A stretch of DNA of 24,000 nt from an uncultured Chloroflexia bacterium (GTDB lineage: Bacteria; Chloroflexota; Limnocylindria; Limnocylindrales; CSP1-4). The notes beneath the pieces were generated by a model that was not told where the DNA came from, searched no databases, and saw only the letters and a program-made list of their open reading frames with translations. Made by a program: the position numbers and the translations under genes. Numbering within the stretch: the stretch's first letter is position 1; every line of letters starts with the position of its first letter. Below are positions 1 through 8,443 of the stretch, piece after piece. Location of the stretch: positions 432,814 through 456,813 of the forward strand of contig CAWIML010000007.1 in the NCBI GenBank assembly GCA_963837215.1. Direction: 5' to 3'.

Positions 1-29
1 GTCGAGGCGAGGCGTACGCGCGGCGGGGC

Positions 30-109
30 TTGACACTGTCGGTCATTAGGTAGATTGTACCTTATACGAAGTCATGGTCATTCTACTGGAATGATAGCAG
101 AGATGGAGG
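30..109 (+). promoter_or_regulatory. Candidate promoter and 5' leader of the SnoaL-like gene
   Basis: This is the only AT-rich patch at the left edge of the window. It contains TTGACA at 30-35 and a TAGATT -10-like hexamer at 51-56, but the spacer is only 15 nt. A short inverted repeat TCATT/AATGA lies at 78-82/90-94. A GGAGG ribosome-binding site at 105-109 sits 7 nt before the ATG at 117. Confidence 0.3.
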
Positions 110-116
110 TTCGACC

Positions 117-557
117 ATGGTCGACGATCTCAAGACGAGGGCACGTCGAATCTGGGAGGAGATCTTCCCCGCCTGTGATGCCGAGGCCCTGGCCGAGGTC
201 ATCGCGGCCGATAGCATCGACCACAGCGCCCCGCCCGACGAGCCGCAGGGCCTCGAGGGCGCAAAGCGAGCGATGCTCTGGCTCGGACGCGTCTTCTCTG
301 ATCAGCGCTGGCAGATACACAAGGTGGTCGCGGAGAGCGACACCGTCGTCCTTCATTGCACCCACCACGCTCGGCACACGGGCGAGCTGATGGGCATTCC
401 GCCGACGGGCCGAGTCGTCGCCTACGACTACGTCCACATCGTCCGGTTCCTCGGCGGCCAGGTGGTTGAGCACTGGGGCGTCCGCGACGACATGACGCTG
501 ATGCGCCAGCTCGGCGTGCTGCCGGAGCGACCCACGCCGGTATCGGCGGGTAGCTGA
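117..557 (+). CDS. SnoaL-like / predicted ester cyclase (NTF2-fold) protein
   Basis: Intact 146-aa ORF with a GGAGG RBS. The sequence (RIWEEIF..., ...DHSAP..., HKVVAESDTVVLHCTHHARHTGELMGIPPTGR...YVHIVRFLGGQVVEHWGVRD) matches the ester-cyclase/SnoaL pattern. Confidence 0.75.
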   Translation: MVDDLKTRARRIWEEIFPACDAEALAEVIAADSIDHSAPPDEPQGLEGAKRAMLWLGRVFSDQRWQIHKVVAESDTVVLHCTHHARHTGELMGIPPTGRVVAYDYVHIVRFLGGQVVEHWGVRDDMTLMRQLGVLPERPTPVSAGS

Positions 558-570
558 GCTCGCGTACGGC

Positions 571-1030
571 ATGCAGGGCGAGACAGTGGCCGGCGACCAT
601 CCTCGGCCGTCGATCGCGGCCGCCCTCGAGCGTGAGCCCGTCATCTGGCTCAGTTCGGTGCGCCCGGACGGTTGCCCGCACGTCGTCCCCCTGTGGTTTC
701 TGTGGGACGGCGACTCGATCCTGGTCTTCAGCAAACCGGGCGCGCAGAAGGTCAGGAATGTCCGTGCTGAGCCTCGGGTCATGGTCGCGGTCGGTGAGCC
801 GGGTCGTCGCCTTCGACGTCGAGCTCGTCGAAGCCGTCGCAGAGCTGGCCCCTGAGCCGACTGCCGGCCTCCTACCCGACGCCTTTGGGCGCAAGTACAC
901 CGGCTTCGCCGAACGCGCAGGGATGACCATCGAGGACTTTGCGGCCATCTACTCACAGCCGATCCGCATCCGTCCGACCCGCTGGTTGGGCTGGGGAGGC
1001 TCTGGTGGGACGAGCGGTTACGCCTCGTAG
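571..1030 (+). CDS. PPOX-class (pyridoxamine 5'-phosphate oxidase-like, probable F420-dependent) protein, frameshifted as sequenced
   Basis: The N-terminal part is in the frame of ORF 571-855 (EREPVIWLSSVRPDGCPHVVPLWFLWDGDSILVFSKPGAQKVRNVRAEPRVMVAVGEPG). The C-terminal part continues in the frame of ORF 632-1030 (FDVELVEAVAELAPEP...YSQPIRIRPTRWLGW). One surplus nucleotide near 800-813 joins the two. The 3' end overlaps the convergent galE 3' end by 13 nt. Confidence 0.7.
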
Positions 1031-2001
1031 CCTGTCGGATGGGCTTGGCGCCAGACCCAGGCGGAGCCGATCATCTCGGCCAGCGTGCCTCGCCGTGGCT
1101 CCCAACCCAAGACCTCGCGTGCCCGGTCGTTGGCGGCCACGAGGATGGGCGGATCGCCATCGCGCCTGGGTCCGACGACGTGTGGGACCGGCCGACCGAC
1201 GACCGACTCCGCTACCTCGAGCACGTGGCGCACGCTGAAGCCAGAGCCGGAACCGAGGTTGACGACCTCGAACCCGGGCGCCGCCGATCCCGTCAGCTCC
1301 AGGGCGGCGAGGTGCGCATCGGCCAGGTCGAGGACGTGGACGTAATCACGGATCGCAGTGCCATCGGGGGTCGGGTAGTCGATGCCGAAGAGGGTCACCG
1401 GTGCCTGCGTCTCGACGGCGCGCAGCAGGTTGGGGATGAGGTGGGTCTCGGGGTCGTGGACCTCGCCGTTGGCGAGGCTCGCCCCGGCCACATTGAAGTA
1501 GCGCAGCGAGACGGCCCGCAGGCCGGCTTCGGAGGCCGCCATCCGGAGCGATCCCTCCATGGCCAGCTTGGTCGAGCCGTAGGGGTTGATGGGGCGGGTC
1601 GGGGTGGCCTCGGTGATGGGCAGGTCGGCGGGCATGCCGTAGACCGCGGCCGTCGAGCTGAAGACGAAGCGATCGACCCCGGCCGCGGCCAGCTCGTCGA
1701 TCAAGGCACGGCCACCGACCACGTTCTCGCGCTCGTAGAGCTCGGGCTCGCGCACGCTCTCACCGACCAGCGACCGAGCCGCACAGTGGAGGACGGCCTC
1801 GATCCCCCGGCGCCGGAGCAGGGGACCGACGACGGAGCGGTCGCCGATGCTGCCGACGACCCGCTCGGCGCCGGCAGCGACCGCGCTGCCATGCCCCGTG
1901 ACGAGGCTGTCGAGCACGGTCACCTCATGGCCGGCCTCGAGCAGGCGCTCGACCGAGACGGAGCCGACATAGCCGGCACCACCGGTCACGAGGACGCGCA
2001 T
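1018..2001 (-). CDS. galE: UDP-glucose 4-epimerase
   Basis: Intact 327-aa ORF. It has the N-terminal Rossmann motif MRVLVTGGAGYVGS and the SDR catalytic region YGSTK, and is GalE-like along its full length. Its ATG shares one nucleotide with the stop of the upstream TPR gene (TGATG at 2001). Confidence 0.9.
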   Translation of the reverse strand: MRVLVTGGAGYVGSVSVERLLEAGHEVTVLDSLVTGHGSAVAAGAERVVGSIGDRSVVGPLLRRRGIEAVLHCAARSLVGESVREPELYERENVVGGRALIDELAAAGVDRFVFSSTAAVYGMPADLPITEATPTRPINPYGSTKLAMEGSLRMAASEAGLRAVSLRYFNVAGASLANGEVHDPETHLIPNLLRAVETQAPVTLFGIDYPTPDGTAIRDYVHVLDLADAHLAALELTGSAAPGFEVVNLGSGSGFSVRHVLEVAESVVGRPVPHVVGPRRDGDPPILVAANDRAREVLGWEPRRGTLAEMIGSAWVWRQAHPTGYEA

Positions 2002-2555
2002 CAGCGGCCGAAGAGCCGAGCCAGGAAGCCCCGCTTGGTGGCTGCACGGGGACCTCGGCCTGGAGCCGGCGCGGTCGGATCGGCGCTTTCGTTCGGAGCA
2101 GGGCTCGGCGTCGGGGCAGGCATGGCCGCGGATGCTGCCACAGCCGCGGCCGCTCCGCTCTCCGGGGCGGCAGGATAGACGGGCCGCGGCGGGGCAGGGC
2201 GGGGCATGCCAGCGGCACGCGCGGACAGGTCGGCCGTGCCCCGGCGACGCCAGGCCAGCTCGTTCGCCACGACCGAGGCCGGTCGGGCGACGGGTTCTCC
2301 GCGCGCGGCCAGGATCTCCGCGGTTCGCGCCTCCAGTCGGATGGCCGAGGTGTTTTCGGGGTCGATCTCGAGCGCCCTGATCGCGAGGCGCCAGGCGCCA
2401 GGGTCGTCGCCGCGCTCGATCGCCACGCGTGCCAGCCCGACGATCGCGATGGCGTTGAGCGGATCGGCCTCCGCCGCCTGACGATAGAGGCGCTCGGCCT
2501 GGTCAACGAGGCCCATCGTGAGCGTTCGGTCGGCTTGCAGGAGGAGCTCGATCAC
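2001..2555 (-). CDS. TPR-repeat protein with a Pro/Ala-rich C-terminal tail
   Basis: 184-aa ORF. The N-terminal half has TPR-like helices (AERLYRQAAEADPLNAIAIVGLARVAIERGDDPGAWRLAIRALEIDPEN). The C-terminal half is low-complexity P/A-rich. The GTG start overlaps the cca stop (GTGA at 2552-2555). Confidence 0.6.
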   Translation of the reverse strand: MIELLLQADRTLTMGLVDQAERLYRQAAEADPLNAIAIVGLARVAIERGDDPGAWRLAIRALEIDPENTSAIRLEARTAEILAARGEPVARPASVVANELAWRRRGTADLSARAAGMPRPAPPRPVYPAAPESGAAAAVAASAAMPAPTPSPAPNESADPTAPAPGRGPRAATKRGFLARLFGR

Positions 2556-4051
2556 CGGCGTCCCCGGCGGTGTCCGCGCTCGAGTTCGATCGCTCGGTCC
2601 AGCTCGGCTCGGAGCATCGGGTCATCCTGGATCCACGATCGGACGTCGGCCAGCAGCGTCTCGCGCTGGTTGCGATCGGGGTCGGCGATGACCGCCTCGA
2701 GCAGGCGCTCGAGGATGGCCCCGAGCAGCGGGCCAGGCGGGACGCCACATGCCTCCCGGATGTCGTGGCCATCCACGGCCAGGTCGCGCATCGCGAGTGG
2801 CACGCCCCGCTCGAGCTCCGCCGCGATGCGTTCGCGCAGTTCGTCCACGCCGCCCGCATCGGCGGGCTCGCCGCTGCCCAGGTTGTCCGCTTCGCGCAGG
2901 ATCAAGAGGCGGGGGAGCGTCTCGCGGCCGACCTTCTGGATGAAGCGCCGGACCGCGGCGTCGCTCCAGCGCGATTCGTAGCCGAACATGTGCCGGCGCA
3001 CGAGGTCCACGACGGGTTCCGCCTCGCGGCGCGGGATGGCCATCTGCCGCAGCAACCCTGCGGCGCGCCGTGCGCCGACTTCGTCGTGCCCGATGAAGTG
3101 GCCGTCGGCCCCCGTTTCGGGCTTGCCGCAGTCGTGCAGGAGCGCGGCCAGGGCGACCGTCTCGTCGCCTGGCGCCAGGCGCGCGGCGGCGTCGAGCGTA
3201 CGCAGGGTGTGCTCCCAGAGGTCGACACCCGGGCCCTTGAGTTGCGGGATCCCGACCTGTCGAGCGAGAAGCGGGAAGAGCGGCGCAAGGAGACCCGTCT
3301 CCGCCAGCATGCGGAATCCGCGCGCCGGGCCGGGCACGGCCAGCATCTTGCGCAGTTCCTGGCCGATGCGCTCGGGTGAGACCGATGCAGCATGCGGGGC
3401 GGCCGCGCGCAGCGCGGCCAGTGTGCCGGGCTCGATCTCGAACTCGAGCTGCGTCGCCAGCCGCACCGCACGGAGCAGGCGCAGGGCGTCCTCGTCGAAG
3501 CGCTCCGTCGCGTCGCCGACGGCCCGGATGACGCGGGCCGCCAGGTCCGCCCGGCCGCCCGAAAGGTCGACGAGCATGAGGTCGGGCATGGATCCGCCGC
3601 CGTCCTTGCCGTCGGTCTCGGGCGGGTCGCCGTCTCGACCGTAGGCCATGGCATTGATCGTGAAGTCGCGACGCGCAAGGTCCTCCTCGAGCGAGTCACT
3701 GAACTCGACCCGGTCCGGGCGGCGCCTGTCGCGATAGTCGATGTCACGACGGAAGGTCGTCACTTCGACGGCCCGCCCCGGGTCCACCGGCACGAGCACG
3801 GTGCCGAAGCGGTTCTCGTAGTGCGCGTCCGGAAAGAGATCCACCAGCCGTTCGGGCTGCGCGTCGGTCGCCACGTCCCAGTCCATCGCCGCGCGACCAA
3901 GGAGATCGTCGCGGAGGGCGCCGCCGACGACGTATCCGGCGTGGCCTGCGGACCAGAGCGGTTCGAGGATGGCCCTCACATGTGCCGGTATGCGCGGCGA
4001 TGCCGCGGGACCCTCGTCCGGCGACTGGCTGGCGCGCGGTGCACCCTGCAT
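2552..4051 (-). CDS. cca: CCA-adding tRNA nucleotidyltransferase (class II, with HD domain)
   Basis: Contains GGALRDDLLGR...DWDVAT, the RRDFTINAMAY polymerase-beta head motifs and an HD region (LLHDCGKP...GHDEVGA). I place the start at the ATG at 4051 (MQGAPRAS...). An AAGGA RBS lies 7 nt upstream of it and it sits 14 nt after the HNH stop. The ORF-track start at 4336 would overlap the HNH gene. Confidence 0.85.
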   Translation of the reverse strand: MQGAPRASQSPDEGPAASPRIPAHVRAILEPLWSAGHAGYVVGGALRDDLLGRAAMDWDVATDAQPERLVDLFPDAHYENRFGTVLVPVDPGRAVEVTTFRRDIDYRDRRRPDRVEFSDSLEEDLARRDFTINAMAYGRDGDPPETDGKDGGGSMPDLMLVDLSGGRADLAARVIRAVGDATERFDEDALRLLRAVRLATQLEFEIEPGTLAALRAAAPHAASVSPERIGQELRKMLAVPGPARGFRMLAETGLLAPLFPLLARQVGIPQLKGPGVDLWEHTLRTLDAAARLAPGDETVALAALLHDCGKPETGADGHFIGHDEVGARRAAGLLRQMAIPRREAEPVVDLVRRHMFGYESRWSDAAVRRFIQKVGRETLPRLLILREADNLGSGEPADAGGVDELRERIAAELERGVPLAMRDLAVDGHDIREACGVPPGPLLGAILERLLEAVIADPDRNQRETLLADVRSWIQDDPMLRAELDRAIELERGHRRGRR

Positions 4052-4065
4052 CGCGCCGTCCTTGC

Positions 4066-4581
4066 TCAGTCGTGACCGAGGAAGAGGTAAGTCCGCCAGG
4101 CCTCGTTGCGAGGATCCGCCAGGTAAGGCGAGAAGAGTGAGTAGACGTCGCTGCGTGGCTCGCGCGGCGGGCGCAACAGGCGCATGCGTGCCTCGGTCGG
4201 CACACGGCCGCCCTTGTGGTGGTTGCACGGCTTGCAGGCCGCGACCAGGTTGTCCCAGGAGTGCCCACCGCCACGGTGGCGGGGCACCACGTGGTCGAGC
4301 GTCAGGTCGTGCGTCTGGCGACCGCAGTACTGGCACGTGTGGCTATCGCGCGCGAAGATCTCGCGCCGCGAGAGTCGGACGCGTGGCCGCGGGCGCTTGA
4401 TGTGGTACTGGAGGCGGATGACGCTGGGGGCCCGAAAGACCTCACGAGCGGTGCGGATCTCGTGGTGGTCGTACTCGATGACCTCGGCCTTCTCACCGAA
4501 GAGCAGCCGGAACGCGCGACGCACGTCGCAGACATTGAGCGGCTCGTAATTCGAGTTGAGCAAGAGGACGACGCTGTCCAT
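4066..4581 (-). CDS. HNH endonuclease (small, conserved McrA-like family)
   Basis: About 171 aa. It has the conserved N-terminus VVLLLNSNYEPLNV and the HNH/zinc motif CQYCGR...LTLDHVVPRHRGGGHSWDNLVAACKPCNHHKG. The ATG at 4581 is preferred over the GTG at 4584. Confidence 0.85.
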   Translation of the reverse strand: MDSVVLLLNSNYEPLNVCDVRRAFRLLFGEKAEVIEYDHHEIRTAREVFRAPSVIRLQYHIKRPRPRVRLSRREIFARDSHTCQYCGRQTHDLTLDHVVPRHRGGGHSWDNLVAACKPCNHHKGGRVPTEARMRLLRPPREPRSDVYSLFSPYLADPRNEAWRTYLFLGHD

Positions 4582-4669
4582 CACTCCCTTTGGCCGGCCG
4601 GGACTCGGCCGCGCGACCGGCGCATCGTAACAAAGGGTCCACGCTCGGGCGCCGCACAGCCGTTCGCGC

Positions 4670-4705
4670 CGCTCGCCGCGCGGCCGTTCCCAGCTCGCCG
4701 CGCGG
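4670..4705. repeat. Tandem 14-nt direct repeat, each copy containing a perfect 10-bp GC palindrome
   Basis: GCTCGCCGCGCGGC occurs at 4670-4683 and again at 4692-4705, so the copy starts are 22 bp apart. The core GCCGCGCGGC is its own reverse complement. The repeat lies in the 142-nt gap between the GNAT stop (4727) and the HNH start (4581). Confidence 0.5.
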
Positions 4706-4726
4706 CGTTCTCGCTGGCCCGCGGCC

Positions 4727-5299
4727 TCAGGACTCGGTCGCGATGTCAGCCGGGATGAGCGAGAAGACGACGCCGTCGACGGGCCCTTGGAGACTCATCA
4801 CGAAGTTGCGCAGGATGCCCTCGCGGCGGAAGCCGGCCCGCTCCGCCACCCGCAACGAACCCAGATTGCCGGGTTCCGCGTGCAGCTCCAGCCGCGTGAC
4901 GCCGAGCTCGCGGAGTGCCCATCGGCTGGCCAGCACGGCCGCCCGCGTGGCTACGCCCCGCCCCCGCGCCCAGGGGCCGACCCAGTAGCCCATGAATGGA
5001 TGTCTCCCGAGGGCTTCCTGGACGGCGATCGCGCCGAGCAGCCCGCTTGTACTCGCGTCCGCGATGGCGAAGACGGCAGCGCGCCCAGTCTCCCAATCGG
5101 CGGCTGCCGTCTCGACGAAGGCCTGGGCGTGCTCGACCAGATAAGGCCGAGGCAGGAAGTCGAGCCAACGTTGGGTCTCGGGGTCGGAGCAGGCCGTGGC
5201 GATCGCCTCGTCGTCGGCCGGGACCAGGCGCCGCAGCGAGACCACGCCGTCGGTCAGCGGCGGGTCGGGGAAGACCAGACGCTCAATCGGCATCGACAT
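4727..5299 (-). CDS. GNAT family N-acetyltransferase (RimJ/RimL-like)
   Basis: Intact 190-aa ORF with the acetyl-CoA binding region VGPWARGRGVATRA, and ...RAGFRREGILRNF near the C-terminus. It overlaps the HMG-CoA lyase 3' end by 17 nt. Confidence 0.8.
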   Translation of the reverse strand: MSMPIERLVFPDPPLTDGVVSLRRLVPADDEAIATACSDPETQRWLDFLPRPYLVEHAQAFVETAAADWETGRAAVFAIADASTSGLLGAIAVQEALGRHPFMGYWVGPWARGRGVATRAAVLASRWALRELGVTRLELHAEPGNLGSLRVAERAGFRREGILRNFVMSLQGPVDGVVFSLIPADIATES

Positions 5300-6236
5300 C
5301 CGGCTCGATCATCGATCCCCGCAACGCATCCCAGCCACCAGCCAGCCCGACCTTGGAGGCCAGGGGACGACCCAAAGCGTTGGCGATGAAGTGCGCAGCC
5401 GAGAGCACGCCTGGCAGATGGCCGCCGTGCTCGATGCCGAGGCCGTCGAGCAGGTAGACCAGATCCTCAGTGGCCAGGTTGCCGGCCGCCCCCGGCGCGT
5501 ACGGGCAGCCTCCGGTCCCCCCGGTCGAGGCGTCGAAGCAGGTGACGCCGTCCTCCAGGCCCGCCATCACGTTGGCCAACGCCGTGCCCCGGGTGTCATG
5601 GAAGTGGTAGGCGATGCGCTCGAGCGGGACCCCGGCCGCCAGCGCGGCGCCGGTCAGCTCGTGGACCTGGGATGGGACCCCGACGCCGATGGTGTCGCCG
5701 AAACAGACCTCGTCGACCCCGAGTTCGAGGAGTGCCAGGCCGACCGCGACCGCCCGAGCCGGTTCGACGCGCCCGCTGTATGGGCAGCCGAAGGCGGTCG
5801 AGACGTAGCCACGCCGCCACCAGCCGACCTGCTGCGCCTGTCGGAGGAGGGGCGCGAACGCGTCCAGCGATTCGGACACCGTCATGCCGATGTTGTGGGC
5901 GGTGAAGGCATCGCTGGCGGCGGTGAAGACAGCCATCGCCGTCGCACCGGCTGCGGCGGCGCGATCGAGCCCCTTCTGATTGGCGACCAGGACCGGATAG
6001 CGCACGCCCGCCGCTTCGCCCTCGCGGGGCAGCGCGGGCAGCAGTTCGTCGGCGTCTGCGAGCTGGGGGATGGCACGCGGCGAGACGAAGCTGGTGGCCT
6101 CGATCTCGCGCAGGCCCGCGGCAACCAGGAGCTCGATGAAGCGGCTCTTCGTGTCCGTCGGGATGAGCGCCGACTCGTTCTGCAGGCCGTCCCGCGGCCC
6201 GACCTCATAGACCCTCACGCGGGCGGGCAACTCCAT
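5283..6236 (-). CDS. Hydroxymethylglutaryl-CoA lyase
   Basis: Intact 317-aa ORF with the HMGL signatures VYEVGPRDGLQNE, ...EATSFVSP..., HFHDTRGTALANV and ...GGCPYAPGAAGN. Confidence 0.9.
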   Translation of the reverse strand: MELPARVRVYEVGPRDGLQNESALIPTDTKSRFIELLVAAGLREIEATSFVSPRAIPQLADADELLPALPREGEAAGVRYPVLVANQKGLDRAAAAGATAMAVFTAASDAFTAHNIGMTVSESLDAFAPLLRQAQQVGWWRRGYVSTAFGCPYSGRVEPARAVAVGLALLELGVDEVCFGDTIGVGVPSQVHELTGAALAAGVPLERIAYHFHDTRGTALANVMAGLEDGVTCFDASTGGTGGCPYAPGAAGNLATEDLVYLLDGLGIEHGGHLPGVLSAAHFIANALGRPLASKVGLAGGWDALRGSMIEPDVDAD

Positions 6237-6280
6237 GCTCGGAGTGTAGGCGCGACGGAGGGGAGGGAGATGCTGGCGGC

Positions 6281-8380
6281 TCAGCCAGTCAGTTCCACCA
6301 GCACGTCACCGCGCTGGACGGCCTGACCCGGACGGACCAGGAGTCGCTTCACGACGCCATCGACTGGGGCGGTGATGGCGTTCTCCATCTTCATCGCCTC
6401 GAGGATGAGCAGGACCTGGTGCGCCTCGACCGTTTGGCCCTCCCGCACACGCAGACCTGCGACGACGCCGGGCATGGGCGCGATGATCGCCGCCGCGACA
6501 CCCTCTCCGTGGTGGGCCGCGCGGACTGCAGCGTCGACGGTCGGCGGCTCCGCCAGCCTCGCCCACACGGCCCGGCCGTCGACATCGAGCACGACGCCTC
6601 CCGATGGGTCGGGCGACCGAGCGAACGATGGCACGTCGGCACCCACGCGGGCGTTGGCAGGATCGCGTGATGGACCGGTCGCGATCAGCAGGGCGCCTTG
6701 GTCGATCGGGACGATGCGCCGCTCCCCCTCGATCTCGATGGACACACGACGTGCGCCGTTGAGTCGGAAGCCGAGGCCCGGCCCGTCACCCCTGAGGGCA
6801 AGGAGTGCTGAGGCGGCAGCGGTCCAGATCGCCTCGGGCAGTTCGGGATCCGGGTGCCATCGGGTCTCGATGGTGTCGGTCCGAGCATCGCCCGCGACGA
6901 CTTCGGGCACCGCGAAGAGCGCCGACAGGGCGCCACGATTCGTGGTCAGCCCGATGATCCGGGTCGCGGCGAGCGCCTCCGTCATGCGTGTCAGCGCTGC
7001 CGGACGGTCGGGACCGACCGCGATGAGCTTGGCCAGCAGCGGGTCATAGCGGGTGCCGATCTCATCGCCCTGGCCGATGCCGGCGTCGATGCGGACGCCC
7101 GGACCCTCGGGCCAGTGGACCGCGAGCACGTGACCGGCCGCCGGCAGGAAGCCATGCCAGGGATCCTCGGCATACAGCCGCGCCTCGATCGCGTGTCCGG
7201 TGACGCCAACCTCCGCCTGCCCCAGCCACAGTGGCTCGCCGGCGGCGAGACGGAATTGGGCGGCGACCAGGTCGACGCCCGTGACAGCCTCGGTGACCGG
7301 ATGCTCGACCTGGAGGCGGGCGTTGATCTCCAGGAACGCGAACGACCCGTCATCCGACAACAGGAATTCGGCCGTGCCGGCGCCCGCGTAGCCGGCGGCC
7401 ATGGCCAGCCTGAGGGCAGCCTCGCCCATCCGATCCCTGAGCTCGCGTCCGACGCCCGGCGCCGGAGCCTCCTCGACGACCTTCTGATGCCTGCGCTGGA
7501 GCGAGCAGTCTCGTTCGCCGAGGTGGATCCCGGCGCCGTGGCCGTCGAGAAGGAGCTGGACTTCGACGTGACGCGGCCGGTCCACGTAGCGCTCGAGGAT
7601 CAGGCGATCGTCCCCGAATGCGGCGCTCGCCTCGCGGCGCGCCAGCGCGAGCGTGCTGCGAAGGTCGCGGGGCGTGCGCAGGACATGCATCCCCATTCCG
7701 CCCCCGCCGGCGGTCGGCTTGACGATGACCGGGTATCCGATGCGGGCGGCCTCGCGTCGCAGCACTGCGTCCGACTGGCCGCGCCCGTCGTAGCCCGGAA
7801 GGATGGGGACGCCGACCCCGACCGCCAGCTTGCGTGCGGCTGCCTTGTCGCCCAGCGCCCGCATGGCGCTCGCGGGTGGCCCGATCCAGGTCAACCCGGC
7901 GGCGATGACCGCCTCGGCGAAGTCGGGCCGCTCGGCCAGGAATCCATATCCAGGGTGGATGGCATCGGCGCCAGCGGCGATCGCTGACGCGATGATGCTC
8001 GGGCCGTCGAGGTAGTCGGTGGGCAGCGGGACGACCTCGTCAGCGGCGCGCACCCACCACATGTCCCGTTGGTCGTCAGATGCCAGGGCCAGCGTGGCGA
8101 TGCCCATGATGCGGCAGGTTCGCGCGATCCGGACCACGAGCTCGCCGCGGTTGGCGATCAGGACCCGGCGGATCGGGCGGAGCCGCGAGGGTCGCCCCGA
8201 TCCCGGATCGACGGCGTGCCGGGCGGCCGCGGATGGTCGTTGAAGCGCGCTCGATGGGACCTTGTGTCGCTTTCCGACCGGTACGGCCTCGATGACACCG
8301 TCTCTGATCCATCGCTGCACGGTCCGCGGCGTGACTCCGAGGCGAGCCGCTACCTCGGATGGCGTCAGGAGGTCGCTCAT
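6281..8380 (-). CDS. Biotin-dependent acyl-CoA (methylcrotonyl-CoA-type) carboxylase alpha subunit with an N-terminal excisionase/MerR-type HTH domain
   Basis: 699-aa ORF. Residues 1-47 are MSDLLTPSEVAARLGVTPRTVQRWIRDGVIEAVPVGKRHKVPSSALQ, an HTH_17-like pattern. A P/R/S-rich linker follows. The biotin carboxylase domain starts at IRRVLIANRGE and contains the ATP-grasp segment YPVIVKPTAGGGGMGM. The C-terminal biotinyl domain has EAMKMEN. Confidence 0.85.
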   Translation of the reverse strand: MSDLLTPSEVAARLGVTPRTVQRWIRDGVIEAVPVGKRHKVPSSALQRPSAAARHAVDPGSGRPSRLRPIRRVLIANRGELVVRIARTCRIMGIATLALASDDQRDMWWVRAADEVVPLPTDYLDGPSIIASAIAAGADAIHPGYGFLAERPDFAEAVIAAGLTWIGPPASAMRALGDKAAARKLAVGVGVPILPGYDGRGQSDAVLRREAARIGYPVIVKPTAGGGGMGMHVLRTPRDLRSTLALARREASAAFGDDRLILERYVDRPRHVEVQLLLDGHGAGIHLGERDCSLQRRHQKVVEEAPAPGVGRELRDRMGEAALRLAMAAGYAGAGTAEFLLSDDGSFAFLEINARLQVEHPVTEAVTGVDLVAAQFRLAAGEPLWLGQAEVGVTGHAIEARLYAEDPWHGFLPAAGHVLAVHWPEGPGVRIDAGIGQGDEIGTRYDPLLAKLIAVGPDRPAALTRMTEALAATRIIGLTTNRGALSALFAVPEVVAGDARTDTIETRWHPDPELPEAIWTAAASALLALRGDGPGLGFRLNGARRVSIEIEGERRIVPIDQGALLIATGPSRDPANARVGADVPSFARSPDPSGGVVLDVDGRAVWARLAEPPTVDAAVRAAHHGEGVAAAIIAPMPGVVAGLRVREGQTVEAHQVLLILEAMKMENAITAPVDGVVKRLLVRPGQAVQRGDVLVELTG

Positions 8381-8443
8381 GGTGCGAATCGTCGCATTGG
8401 ATGTCGATCTGTCAAGGCTAGGGACCCGATGCGGCGTCCGGGG

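Noticed and set aside
4052-4336. An extended N-terminus of the CCA-adding enzyme, using the ORF-track start at 4336.
   Set aside because: The extension is Arg/Pro-rich, has no family similarity and overlaps the well-supported HNH gene. The ATG at 4051 has an RBS and immediately precedes the conserved nucleotidyltransferase N-terminus.
6281-8380. The excisionase-like HTH taken as evidence of a prophage or integrative element.
   Set aside because: The HTH is fused in-frame to a metabolic enzyme. No integrase, att-like repeats, phage genes or compositional shift are visible nearby.
8387-8415. A sigma-70 promoter directly upstream of the HTH-carboxylase gene: TTGACA (minus strand, 8415-8410), a 17-nt spacer, then ACGATT.
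   Set aside because: The -35 box is perfect, but the putative -10 box matches TATAAT at only two positions. The gene also sits 63 nt downstream of the hydratase in the same operon. The evidence is too weak to call.
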